Origin: an uncultured Candidatus Saccharibacteria bacterium
GTDB lineage: Bacteria; Patescibacteriota; Minisyncoccia; Phycocordibacterales; CAIZLB01
NCBI GenBank assembly: GCA_964467385.1
Contig: CAYXQC010000005.1
Location: 1 to 58,270, forward strand
Direction of reading: 5' to 3'
Length of the DNA: 58,270 bases
The stretch's first letter is position 1, and the number at the start of each line of letters is the position of its first letter. Positions 44,498 through 53,213 of the stretch are shown here, in pieces. The position numbers were made by a program, and so were the translations under genes. The notes beneath the pieces were generated by a model. It was not told where the DNA came from. It saw only the letters and a list, made by a program, of their open reading frames with translations, and searched no databases.

Positions 44498-44962
44498 TTA
44501 ATTCGCAACCGCATCACTTGTCTTCTTTGCAACTTTAGTGACAACCTTCTTTGCTTTTGCGCCAGTTTTTGCAACCGCTGAAGCTGTTTTCTTAACTACG
44601 TTTTTACCAGTATTGAGTTCTCTCTTAATATTTTTCCAATGACTCTTTAGTTCTTTTGCGACTGCCATAATTTCAGAAACATCAACATTTTTTACATTAG
44701 TATATTTCTTCATCACCGCGTCGATTACCTGATGATAGAGTGCTTCATCAACTGACTTAAGTTTTTCCATTTTCTCAAGCACTTCACCTTTCGCTTTGAG
44801 TGCCCATGATTTCACCTTTTTAATTTTTTGCTGTGCGGCTTTGTTTCCGTGAATAAAATAAGCGCCCGCTGCTGCAGCCGCTACGATACCACCAATGATA
44901 GCCAGACCTGTGCCAGCACCATTTGATGATTTTGATCCTGTTTTACCTGATTTATTAGTCAT
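44498..44962 (-). CDS. YtxH-like membrane-anchored Lys-rich protein
   Basis: GLAIIGGIVAAAAAGAYF followed by a long Lys/Ala-rich amphipathic region. I chose ATG 44962. Confidence 0.45.
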   Translation of the reverse strand: MTNKSGKTGSKSSNGAGTGLAIIGGIVAAAAAGAYFIHGNKAAQQKIKKVKSWALKAKGEVLEKMEKLKSVDEALYHQVIDAVMKKYTNVKNVDVSEIMAVAKELKSHWKNIKRELNTGKNVVKKTASAVAKTGAKAKKVVTKVAKKTSDAVAN

Positions 44963-44990
44963 GTATACAGTATAGCATCTCGAGTACTCG

Positions 44991-45392
44991 CTACTGAATA
45001 TCTGAAATGTCCTCAAGAGATTCGTCTATTTCATCTTCATCCGGCATCCGTTTCTTATAGTTCCGGACTAAAATACTCTTCTTTTTCTTTTTTACTTGAG
45101 ACGCCGAATCTTTGCCATTTCCAGCACTCGCAAATGGATTTAGGACAAAACCAGTCAGAAATTTCCAAAGACCATTCACTTTCGAAGCCTCCTCCCGAAT
45201 AGCGTGTCGAACATGTGCAATATCAGCAGCAAGATGTTGACTTTCTCGATGCATATGTTTTGCAATTTTCGCGAAGCGACGAACAATCGAAACTACGTAA
45301 AACAAAATCACAGCACAAAGAAACCCGAGGATGATCACAATAATAGTTGTGATGTAGAAAAATATATCTGCGTGAATGATTGTTGTATCCAT
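44991..45392 (-). CDS. Hypothetical membrane protein
   Basis: N-terminal TM segment FFYITTIIVIILGFLCAVILFYVV, followed by a charged tail. Confidence 0.5.
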   Translation of the reverse strand: MDTTIIHADIFFYITTIIVIILGFLCAVILFYVVSIVRRFAKIAKHMHRESQHLAADIAHVRHAIREEASKVNGLWKFLTGFVLNPFASAGNGKDSASQVKKKKKSILVRNYKKRMPDEDEIDESLEDISDIQ

Positions 45393-45399
45393 GGGTCAA

Positions 45400-46170
45400 T
45401 TATACATTAAAAATCTTTTTAAAAAATGAACCGTTGCTTTGTGGGAATGGACCATACATGTTTGGAGCAGGATTCCCTTTGACAGTTACCAGCACAATGA
45501 AAAGAATAGCAAGTGCAATCTGAAGACCGAGCTCCCCGATCGGATTAATTATTTTAAATGCAGGGACAAACCATGTCAGGAACATAAACGCAATTCCTCC
45601 AGGTAGACCGAGATTGTGGAGTCTTCTGGCAATAAGTGAAAGCATCATGATTGTTATCGGAAAAAGTACAACCGGAATAATCATAAGGAGCATGTTATCT
45701 CTGTCCAATTCAATCGTATTCAAGATTTCTGTCCAAATGTTTGGTGTAAGTTGCGAAAGCATCAAACCAGCAAGTGCAAGTGCAATATAACCAAGACCAA
45801 AGAAGAAGAGGAAGCCGAGAACAAAATCCTTCCTTCGAAGACGACCTGCAAAAAGCCCTTGATATTGGCCAGCACTCGAGTGACTAGAATACACAGCGTC
45901 TTTTTTCATATTATGTATACGTTCCAAATCAGCTAGAGTTCCGCCCTTTCCCAAATTTTTTCGTGGACCTTTATCAAGTGGAGGCAAAAAATTGTTTTGT
46001 GCAACTATATCTTGATGTGTATCATTAAAATTTTTCTTCACCTCATCAAACGCATGAACAACGTGAGACTCGTGAAAACCTGCGCGAATAAGCATGTCAT
46101 GCACCTCATCGGGTGTTGAACCGTGCTCAAGCTTCATTTTGATAAATGACAAGATTCCTTTGTCTGCCAT
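45400..46170 (-). CDS. DUF805-like inner membrane protein with a soluble N-terminal domain
   Basis: GRLRRKDFVLGFLFF ... ARRLHNLGLPGG pattern with four TM segments. Confidence 0.55.
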   Translation of the reverse strand: MADKGILSFIKMKLEHGSTPDEVHDMLIRAGFHESHVVHAFDEVKKNFNDTHQDIVAQNNFLPPLDKGPRKNLGKGGTLADLERIHNMKKDAVYSSHSSAGQYQGLFAGRLRRKDFVLGFLFFFGLGYIALALAGLMLSQLTPNIWTEILNTIELDRDNMLLMIIPVVLFPITIMMLSLIARRLHNLGLPGGIAFMFLTWFVPAFKIINPIGELGLQIALAILFIVLVTVKGNPAPNMYGPFPQSNGSFFKKIFNV

Positions 46171-46187
46171 ACACTACAATAATACTC

Positions 46188-46676
46188 CTACTCACATTTT
46201 GTGACAATGTATTTGAAGTGTTTTTCGGAAACAGGTTGAATAGAAAGTCGACTACCTCTTTCGCGAACAAGCATCCCATCAAGCTTCGGATCTATTTTTA
46301 TCTCGGCAAGCGACATTGGTTTTTTAAATTTTTTCACAAATGCAACATCCACTAAAAACCATGTCGGTTTATATGTTGGTGATTTCGATTTAGGGTCAAA
46401 ATGCTCATCCTTTGGATCACGCGCTGTTTTGTCTTCATATGATTTACTCGAAATTTTGGCAAGCCCATATATGCCAGTTGGATTTTCACCTCCTGCACCA
46501 GTAGGACCATTCGAATGGTAATACAAGACCATATCACCAATGCACATTCGATCACGCATAAAATTTCGTGCTTGAAAATTTCGTACACCAGACCATGGAG
46601 TCTTCTTATCACGCTTAAGATGATCAATCGAATAACATTCACCTTCCGATTTCATCAACCAATACTGTGTCGACAC
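46188..46676 (-). CDS. EVE (PUA-like) domain protein
   Basis: YWLMKSEGECYSIDHLKRDKKTPWSGVRNFQARNFMRD...GDMVLYYHSN is typical of the EVE/Thy28 family. Confidence 0.8.
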   Translation of the reverse strand: MSTQYWLMKSEGECYSIDHLKRDKKTPWSGVRNFQARNFMRDRMCIGDMVLYYHSNGPTGAGGENPTGIYGLAKISSKSYEDKTARDPKDEHFDPKSKSPTYKPTWFLVDVAFVKKFKKPMSLAEIKIDPKLDGMLVRERGSRLSIQPVSEKHFKYIVTKCE

Positions 46677-46700
46677 GATTTTGTATGAATTATTTATCGA

Positions 46701-47660
46701 TTATTTATCGAGTGGATTAAAGCTCGTCACTCGTACATTTCCAGAAGTATCAATACCAACCGTTGCAACTGCCGTGTAATACCCATCAGCATCCTGATAT
46801 GAAACGAGTGCTCGGTTTGGACCATCAAAAGTTACATCTGTTACTTCATACGAAGTTCGAGATCGAACTGGTGCAAGATTATTGATATTTGCAGCAATAA
46901 ATGAATTCACCTTTGCACGATCAGCTTGTGAAGTTACCGTTGTCGAAGGTCGAGTTGTAGGAGCCGTAGTCACTGGAGCTGCTGCACCCGGTCGTACCGT
47001 TGCAGGGAATGATGAAGCTGAAGTAGCTGGATTTTTTGTTTCAGTATCGTCAGTCATTTCGGTACCGTCAGTTGAAGTGGGCATATTTGTATACCAGTAG
47101 TAGGCACCACCTCCGAGTGCAAGGAGAACCATGAGACCAATGATTGCAAAAAACATAGTCTTCTTGCCTTCATGTGGAGGTACCCCATTTGTGCCACTTG
47201 AGTTTAAAATTTTATTGACTTCATTTGAAAGTGGTGAAGAAGTTGGCTTTGGTGCAAAATCTGAGCTTTGATTAAAAGCAGGTCTAGGGGCCTGGTTTGG
47301 TGTTGTGTTTGAGTTCATCATATTAGATACAGACGCTGCAGGTGCAGATGATGACTGAGGCTTTGGCGCAGCTGGAGCTGTCTGGGCAGTCATTGAAGAC
47401 GCTGGTGTAAATGGACTGAACTTTGGTGTTTGCAACTGAGTTGGTTGTACTGGAGCTTGTTGCGGTGAAGCAGAAGGAACGGGTTGTGTGTGCACAGGAG
47501 TAAACGAAGGTTGTACAGGCATTTGAGGTTTAGGCACAAAAGATTGTTGAGACTGAGAAGAAGACTGTGAGGGCATACCTTGAAAATTCGGAGTAGTATT
47601 AGAAGTATTACCACCCATACCAGTGTTTTGATTGTTATTTGTATTTTCCATAGTATTCAT
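46701..47660 (-). CDS. Hypothetical low-complexity (Q/P/S/T-rich) single-pass membrane protein
   Basis: Long P/Q/S region, a TM segment MFFAIIGLMVLLALGGGAYYWY, and an extracytoplasmic domain of about 100 aa. I prefer ATG 47660. Confidence 0.55.
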   Translation of the reverse strand: MNTMENTNNNQNTGMGGNTSNTTPNFQGMPSQSSSQSQQSFVPKPQMPVQPSFTPVHTQPVPSASPQQAPVQPTQLQTPKFSPFTPASSMTAQTAPAAPKPQSSSAPAASVSNMMNSNTTPNQAPRPAFNQSSDFAPKPTSSPLSNEVNKILNSSGTNGVPPHEGKKTMFFAIIGLMVLLALGGGAYYWYTNMPTSTDGTEMTDDTETKNPATSASSFPATVRPGAAAPVTTAPTTRPSTTVTSQADRAKVNSFIAANINNLAPVRSRTSYEVTDVTFDGPNRALVSYQDADGYYTAVATVGIDTSGNVRVTSFNPLDK

Positions 47661-47739
47661 ATTGTACCACACCTGATGAGTGTAAATAGGTCAAAATGAG
47701 TCAATCTTGCAAAAGATGTTGTTCAGATATGGTGCCTAT

Positions 47740-48312
47740 TTAGTACTTTCGAATAACAGCTTTCACAATAGCGGCAATCTTCAAATCATATTCAGGATAG
47801 ATCGGCTTGAAATGTTTGTTCGCAGGCTGAAGATATGGTCGACCACGTTTATCTAAACGGTAATACTTCATAGTCCAACCACTATCAACTTCTGCGATGA
47901 CAATATCACCTACTTTTGCTCGATCAGCACGTTCAACTAAAACCATATCACCTTCTGCGATATGTGCCTCGATCATTGACTCACCTTTTACCTCCAACAT
48001 ATACGTATTGTCTTTTGAATCGCCTAACAGAAACTCTTCAATACTCGCAGTGTCGAGCATAGACTCTTCGGCAACGGTTGGAATACCAGCTTCAACAAGA
48101 CCAAGGATCGGTACTTCACCAACAAGACTTCTTGGGGAAAGTTTTCCACGAGAATCTTTTTCGAAAATTCCATCTTCAACTAATTTGTTCAAAAGTTTAT
48201 AAACTGCATTTTTAGACTTGAACCCTAAAAGCGACATGATCTCGTTGTAACCTGGAACACGTCTATTATCTTTGTAAAAAGAAAGTATTTTTTTCTTGTA
48301 GGATTCGTACAT
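47740..48312 (-). CDS. lexA: LexA-type SOS repressor (S24 peptidase)
   Basis: N-terminal wHTH (GYNEIMSLLGFKSKNAVYKLLNKL), cleavage region LVEAGIPT, catalytic Ser in VKGESM and Lys in WTMKYY. Confidence 0.9.
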   Translation of the reverse strand: MYESYKKKILSFYKDNRRVPGYNEIMSLLGFKSKNAVYKLLNKLVEDGIFEKDSRGKLSPRSLVGEVPILGLVEAGIPTVAEESMLDTASIEEFLLGDSKDNTYMLEVKGESMIEAHIAEGDMVLVERADRAKVGDIVIAEVDSGWTMKYYRLDKRGRPYLQPANKHFKPIYPEYDLKIAAIVKAVIRKY

Positions 48313-48388
48313 GGTCTATATATATGTGTATGTAGTGTGAGCTTGTCTATACTTTTTTTCTATGCGCACGGACCGAGATGTCTATAGT

Positions 48389-48586
48389 TTAGAAAAGAAA
48401 TGAAGCAAGAGCAAATGTTCGTGCAAATGCAGCTTCGCTTTCAAGTCGTTTAAGTTGTGATACGAGCTGGCCGTGTCGTTTTGATTCTCGATCATAGGCC
48501 TGACCTTTTACGATTCGGTAATCAATCTTTTCATTGAGTGATTTAAGTTCTCTTCTAATCGCAAACATAAGTGACATTCTTTTCAT
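48389..48586 (-). CDS. Hypothetical 65-aa protein, first gene of the LexA-box-controlled transcript
   Basis: This ORF lies between the LexA-box promoter (48728-48757) and lexA, on the same strand. It is basic and helical, with a hydrophobic C-terminus FARTFALASFLF. Confidence 0.45.
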   Translation of the reverse strand: MKRMSLMFAIRRELKSLNEKIDYRIVKGQAYDRESKRHGQLVSQLKRLESEAAFARTFALASFLF

Positions 48587-48727
48587 AGTTTTGTATTAAA
48601 TTTATTTTGATTAATTATTTATATTGCCGTTGAAGGTCCACTCTCCTTTCAAAAATCTGTCGAGGATTATTTGAAATTCTTTCAGCTGCTCTCGGTGCGC
48701 GTCTGTGTCATGCGCGGTATGTTTGTA

Positions 48728-48757
48728 TTATAGGTGAACTGTAGTTCACCTGTCAAA
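48728..48757 (-). promoter_or_regulatory. Consensus promoter with a LexA (Cheo-type) box in the spacer
   Basis: On the minus strand: TTGACA (48757-48752), 18-nt spacer, TATAAT (48733-48728). The spacer is the perfect palindrome AGGTGAAC-TGTA-GTTCACCT (48733-48752), which contains GAAC-N4-GTTC. Confidence 0.8.
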
Positions 48758-48855
48758 TAAACAGAGTAGGGGAGCTGGGGATAAGTTATAGCAGCGCAAA
48801 AAAGCTTTCATTCTAGGTACGCTTTATGGTCTGAATTTTCTATATTTTTTTGCAT

Positions 48856-48886
48856 AAAAAATAGACCCCTTGCAAGGCCTATTTTT
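48856..48886 (-). terminator. Weak hairpin plus T-run after the helicase gene
   Basis: AATAG(A)CC ... GG(C)CTATT with flanking A and T runs. The stem is imperfect. Confidence 0.4.
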
Positions 48887-48901
48887 CAGTAAATTTTTAT
48901 A

Positions 48902-50524
48902 TTATCTTCCCGGCACAAACGTAAGTGCTTTCCCTACCGCTCCACCTCGCCCTGTTCGGCCGATTCGGTGCACATAGTCATCGTATGTCATTGGAAGTTC
49001 GTAGTTGATTACATGAGTTACCCCTCGAATATCGAGACCTCGCGCCGCAACATCTGTTGCAACAAGTATATTGATTGCTTCTGTTTTGAAAAGATTAAGA
49101 GCTTTTTGTCGCTGATAGTGATCTTTGTCACCGTGAATTGACGAAGCCTTGAATCCAGCTGTTGAAAGCTCATTTGTAAGTCGTTCAACACCAGCTTTAG
49201 TCTGTCCGAAAATTAATACTTTTTTGAACTCTTTTTCATCTTTCAAAAGTCCTGCAAGTTTTTCAAACTTATTTTCACCTCGTGCGATTCGTACAACGTC
49301 CTGATCGACACTCTTTGAGGTATCACCAGATTTTACTGAAATCGTAATTGGGTTTGTCAAAAATTCTCCCACGAGGTTTTGAACTTCTTTTGACATCGTA
49401 GCTGTGAAGAAAAGAGTCTGTCGTGTCTTTGGAGTTTTACCAATGAGATATCGCATTTCGTTGATGAATCCCATATCGAGCATTCGATCTGCTTCATCGA
49501 GCACAACATTTGTAAATTTTGAGAAGTCGATATAACCCTTTTCGCCAAGATCCTTGAGTCGTCCAGGTGTACCGATTACGAAGTTGTTGAAATATCGAAG
49601 TTCAGAAATCTGCTTTCGAATATGAGCACCTCCGACGCAACATACTGAGTACATTTTTGTCTGTTTAATAAACATCAAAAGTTCTTCCTGAATCTGGATC
49701 GCCAATTCTCGAGTCGGCGCCATGATCAGTACTTCTTCTTTTGGATTATTGATGATTTTATTTACAAGAGGAATAAGGAAAGCGATAGTTTTTCCAGTAC
49801 CAGTGTCTGCAATACCGATTACATCTTTTCCTTCAAGTGCATGAGGAATGGCACCATCTTGAATTGGGCTCGGGTTTATAAAACCTTTAGCTGCAATTCG
49901 TGTTTTGATTTCTTCAGCAATATTAAAATCGTTGAATGTATGTTTCGGTTTAAACTCAACCACTTTTGCTGCGAGTGCAGCATCAGTATGTGCAGCTTTG
50001 TTAATATATTTACTGTAATTATCTCCGTGACTTGTATTGACGGCTTTGCCACCAAATCGTCGGCCATTTCCCCCGAATCGTCCACCACGTGAATAACCAC
50101 CTTGGCCGTATCCACCACCAAAACCGCCACGTCCACCATATGATGAGCCACCTCGTGAATAACCACCCTGTGAGTAGCCTGCATTTGAGTAACCACCTCG
50201 ACCGTAGCCACCACGTGATTGACCTCCTTGTGAGTAACCACCTCGATCACCATATGATGAAGCACTATTAGATCCACCACGTGGCCCATACGAAGAACCT
50301 CCTCGTGAAAATGAAGATGTCCGTGGAGCAAAAGATGAATGGGTATGAGCAGAAGCTCGTGGAGCATGTGCAGATGTTGATGATATAGTTCTTGGACCTG
50401 ATGATGTAGAAGCTGTTCGAGCTCCTCTTGGTACAAATTGTGCAGCAAAAGTCCGCGCATCCATTGGAGGCGTCGGCCGTTTACCCGGAGTCGGTCGTCG
50501 TGAAAAATTTGATTGTTTGTTCAT
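48902..50524 (-). CDS. DEAD-box ATP-dependent RNA helicase with a long N-terminal Arg/Gly/Ser/Tyr-rich region
   Basis: Q-motif GFINPSPIQ, motif I ADTGTGKT, motif II VLDEADRM, SAT-equivalent TAT (FFTATMS), and HRIGRTGR. Roughly the first 170 residues are low-complexity (GGYSQGG, RGGYGRGGY). Confidence 0.9.
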   Translation of the reverse strand: MNKQSNFSRRPTPGKRPTPPMDARTFAAQFVPRGARTASTSSGPRTISSTSAHAPRASAHTHSSFAPRTSSFSRGGSSYGPRGGSNSASSYGDRGGYSQGGQSRGGYGRGGYSNAGYSQGGYSRGGSSYGGRGGFGGGYGQGGYSRGGRFGGNGRRFGGKAVNTSHGDNYSKYINKAAHTDAALAAKVVEFKPKHTFNDFNIAEEIKTRIAAKGFINPSPIQDGAIPHALEGKDVIGIADTGTGKTIAFLIPLVNKIINNPKEEVLIMAPTRELAIQIQEELLMFIKQTKMYSVCCVGGAHIRKQISELRYFNNFVIGTPGRLKDLGEKGYIDFSKFTNVVLDEADRMLDMGFINEMRYLIGKTPKTRQTLFFTATMSKEVQNLVGEFLTNPITISVKSGDTSKSVDQDVVRIARGENKFEKLAGLLKDEKEFKKVLIFGQTKAGVERLTNELSTAGFKASSIHGDKDHYQRQKALNLFKTEAINILVATDVAARGLDIRGVTHVINYELPMTYDDYVHRIGRTGRGGAVGKALTFVPGR

Positions 50525-50780
50525 TTTTATTTTATATTTTTATGTTTTTTTGAGTGAAATTTTATGCTGAATATGCTTCTAAAATTGACGCCCTAAACGT
50601 GCGAATATGAAAGTATCAAAACCAGCAAATCGGACCGTAAAACAGTCCTTTCATCATTAACTTATTATGCGTAAGCAAGGCGTTGTTCTCGCCCTACTTA
50701 AAAAATAGTTGCGCTTATTGGTCTTTTAGGAAACAAAGACTCGAGCGCTTGGCAAAAACTAGATGTAACTTACGAGGTAT

Positions 50781-50809
50781 ATAATAGCCTAAATATTGGA
50801 TTTGGTCAA
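50781..50809 (-). promoter_or_regulatory. Candidate helicase promoter (implies a leader of about 250 nt)
   Basis: On the minus strand: TTGACC (50809-50804), 17-nt spacer, TATTAT (50786-50781). The ATG is at 50524. Confidence 0.5.
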
Positions 50810-50825
50810 TAGCATACATATTATT

Positions 50826-51416
50826 CTACTTAACCCATCGCATTGACGCTCTAAGATCTAGGTATTCTGGAATTACTAACTTAACCAATTTCCAAAAGTT
50901 TGGACTGTGATTAAATTCTTTGAGATGGCACAGTTCATGAACAATTACATAATCACATTCACGCTCAGTAAGACCAGCGAGTCTCGTGCTGAAATTCAAA
51001 TTTCCTCTTTTCGAGCAACTTCCCCATCGAGTCTTTGTATTTTTTATGAAAATATTTTTGAAAGTAAAACCGTGCAGACCATACTGTTCACTATATATAG
51101 TACGGAAATGTTTTATACGACTTTCAATATATATTTTAAGTTCGCCACGAGTGTGGATATTTTTTGTGAACTGAATCGCCGAACTTGCCTCTCTATTTTC
51201 ACTTGCATCTTTTCTTTGTTTGACTCGTGCTTCAATTCTAGTTTTTTGTGCAAGAATCCAACTTTCTTTTTTCTTCAAAAATACTTCTGCTTTTCTGATC
51301 AATAAATTCTGAAGAACACTTGTCTTTCGATATGGAACGACTAGGAGAATTTCACCATCTCTTTTTACAGTGATACTGATGCGTTTTGCTTTTTTAGAAA
51401 TACGAGTTTGGAGCAT
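50826..51416 (-). CDS. YgjP/DUF45-family (SprT-like) zinc metallohydrolase
   Basis: WGSCSKRGNLNF...YVIVHELCHLKEFNHSPNFW (HExxH). I chose ATG 51416, because the longer ORF runs through an upstream terminator hairpin. Confidence 0.8.
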   Translation of the reverse strand: MLQTRISKKAKRISITVKRDGEILLVVPYRKTSVLQNLLIRKAEVFLKKKESWILAQKTRIEARVKQRKDASENREASSAIQFTKNIHTRGELKIYIESRIKHFRTIYSEQYGLHGFTFKNIFIKNTKTRWGSCSKRGNLNFSTRLAGLTERECDYVIVHELCHLKEFNHSPNFWKLVKLVIPEYLDLRASMRWVK

Positions 51417-51454
51417 GAAGAATATTGCAATTATAAAATGTCGAGACTTTTTTG

Positions 51455-51498
51455 CAAAAATAAAACCCGCAGAGGACGTTTTTGACGTCATGCGGGTT
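51455..51498 (-). terminator. Rho-independent terminator of the 51537-51833 unit
   Basis: On the minus strand: AACCCGCA ... TGCGGGTT followed by TTATTTTT. Confidence 0.75.
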
Positions 51499-51536
51499 TG
51501 TGTTTACAATTTCCGTCGAGAGAACTTCGGACCAGA

Positions 51537-51833
51537 TCAGTTCTGGCACATTTGTGCAACTTTCTTTGGATGATATCCCCCACTTCCAGTAGGCATATGC
51601 CTGAAACGACATGGTGGCGGACTGAAACGAGTTTCAGCAGTGGGTGGACGTGACCATTTGTGTGCGTCTCCATGCTGGTATCGATGTGGGATCTCTCCAG
51701 ATTTCAGAAAAATCTCCTTCTGCTCGACCTGATGTTTTCTTGGGACAACAAAGCGCGAGAGAAAGCTCGAAAAGAAACAGAGTGCTGGACTCGAGGTCCG
51801 TGACAAACGACTAGTTAAGGATACCATGGGCAA
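51537..51833 (-). CDS. Hypothetical small basic His/Pro/Arg-rich protein. Coding status uncertain and it could be a structured RNA.
   Basis: 98-codon ORF starting at TTG. An internal GAAGGAG (51720-51714) hints at a product of about 57 aa. All three minus-strand frames are open over part of the region. GC-rich, with many short hairpins. Confidence 0.3.
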   Translation of the reverse strand: MPMVSLTSRLSRTSSPALCFFSSFLSRFVVPRKHQVEQKEIFLKSGEIPHRYQHGDAHKWSRPPTAETRFSPPPCRFRHMPTGSGGYHPKKVAQMCQN

Positions 51834-51984
51834 GGTATATGGGTTGGATTTGAATCGGCCACTAGCATATTTGCCAATTGGGCCAGATTTGTCCTATTTT
51901 TTCGCAAAAAAGAACGAGGCAACACTGTATCATCAATATGAAAAATCGGCAATAACGTTTTTTAAACTTCAATAAATAGTAGGC

Positions 51985-52338
51985 TTACTCTATTTTATAC
52001 TGATCAGGATTCCAAGGTGGTGTACAAGAAATACTAACCTGCATATCCCCATCCCAATAGTACCGTTCAGATGGTCCGATACATACAACATCACCCTCAG
52101 AGAGATTTATTTTTTGATTATTAATGTATACAAGACCTGACCCGCGTTGGATACAGGCTACCATTGTTGATACTAGATTTTGAGCCATGCCATGTTCAGG
52201 ATATCTTCCTGATATTTCAGCAATCGCCATGTCGATATACTGATTACTAATACAGTATTCAGACACAGTACACGTGCTGGAATTCTTAAGAATCAATGCA
52301 TCATTTTTTGATACAAATTTCATATCCATAGTATACAT
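51985..52338 (-). CDS. Small cupin-fold-like protein
   Basis: 117 aa. The pattern GRYPEHGMAQN...GSGLVYINNQKINLSEGDVVCI resembles single-domain cupins. This is a weak call. Confidence 0.4.
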   Translation of the reverse strand: MYTMDMKFVSKNDALILKNSSTCTVSEYCISNQYIDMAIAEISGRYPEHGMAQNLVSTMVACIQRGSGLVYINNQKINLSEGDVVCIGPSERYYWDGDMQVSISCTPPWNPDQYKIE

Positions 52339-52399
52339 CTATTTATATGCAAATTATGAATCAGGTATTTTACCTGATTTTAAAAAATATTGGAAAAAA

Positions 52400-52448
52400 A
52401 TAAAAACCACCCTTTCCTTTGTTTTGTTAAACTCAGGAAAAGGCGGTG
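52400..52448 (-). terminator. Terminator after the 52482-52934 gene
   Basis: On the minus strand: CACCGCCTTTTCC ... GGAAAGGGTGG (imperfect) followed by TTTTTATTTTTTT. Confidence 0.6.
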
Positions 52449-52481
52449 TAGAAGACCAAACATCCAATAGTTTGTCTGAAT

Positions 52482-52934
52482 TTACTTCGGATAAATGAGC
52501 TTCGCAGGAATTGACACACCAACCGGTTGGTGAATTTTCTGATTTGCACCAAGAAGGTTGTATGGCGTACCAAGCTCCTTATTGCTGTCGTTATAGAAAT
52601 GAGCAAGGACGCTTCCGTCTTTCTCCTTCTTTAGAACGACACTCTCAACTTGTCGGACAAGGGACTCTTCGATCTTGACCAAAAACCCTTCTCCGACCGC
52701 CGAGTTGGCAATGATATAGGCAAGGCCTCGATCATCATTTCCGGTGCTACCACTTGGTATGATCATGTCGACCTTGAAAGGCCGACCAATCAATGCATCG
52801 TAACGCGTGATGTTTTTGACCGGTTCAGCAGCACTGGTCTTGTTGCAATGCGCACCCACAAAAAGTAATGCACAGAGCCCGACGAGGCTGATGACGATGG
52901 CAATTCTGGAGGTAATCTTATCGTTAGTTTTCAA
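52482..52934 (-). CDS. Hypothetical secreted or anchored protein (GC-rich cassette)
   Basis: AAGGAG (52947-52942) lies 7 nt before TTG 52934. Signal or anchor sequence ITSRIAIVISLVGLCALLFVGAHC. The ORF track extends the frame to GTG 53021. Confidence 0.55.
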   Translation of the reverse strand: MKTNDKITSRIAIVISLVGLCALLFVGAHCNKTSAAEPVKNITRYDALIGRPFKVDMIIPSGSTGNDDRGLAYIIANSAVGEGFLVKIEESLVRQVESVVLKKEKDGSVLAHFYNDSNKELGTPYNLLGANQKIHQPVGVSIPAKLIYPK

Positions 52935-53213
52935 GTTTTTTCTCCTTTTTTCGGTGTTGAATTTTCTGAGTGGTGTTTTCGCACTTCCTTTTTTTGAGGC
53001 TGCGAGCTTGAAATATACCACGAATATTGTATTTTACTAGGTATTTACATTTTATATATTATGTGTTAATAAATACAAACTCTCCAAGTAACCTGCAGTG
53101 AAGCTCTTTAACAGGGCCTTTCTGAGGAATTTGAAAAACAAGTCACCGCATACAAAAATGCGGAAAACTTTAAAGCAACATAAAACCAACTCATACAACC
53201 AGAGGATAGAACC

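Noticed and set aside
50060-50300. Tandem degenerate DNA repeats here and at 28696-28839, considered as possible CRISPR-like or minisatellite arrays.
   Set aside because: Both lie inside long intact ORFs and encode low-complexity protein repeats. There are no unique spacers of regular length and no cas genes.
51850-51885. GATTCAAATCC, a T-loop-like string suggesting a tRNA or tmRNA 3' domain.
   Set aside because: The flanking bases do not form a T-stem, and no acceptor stem or tag-like reading frame is nearby.
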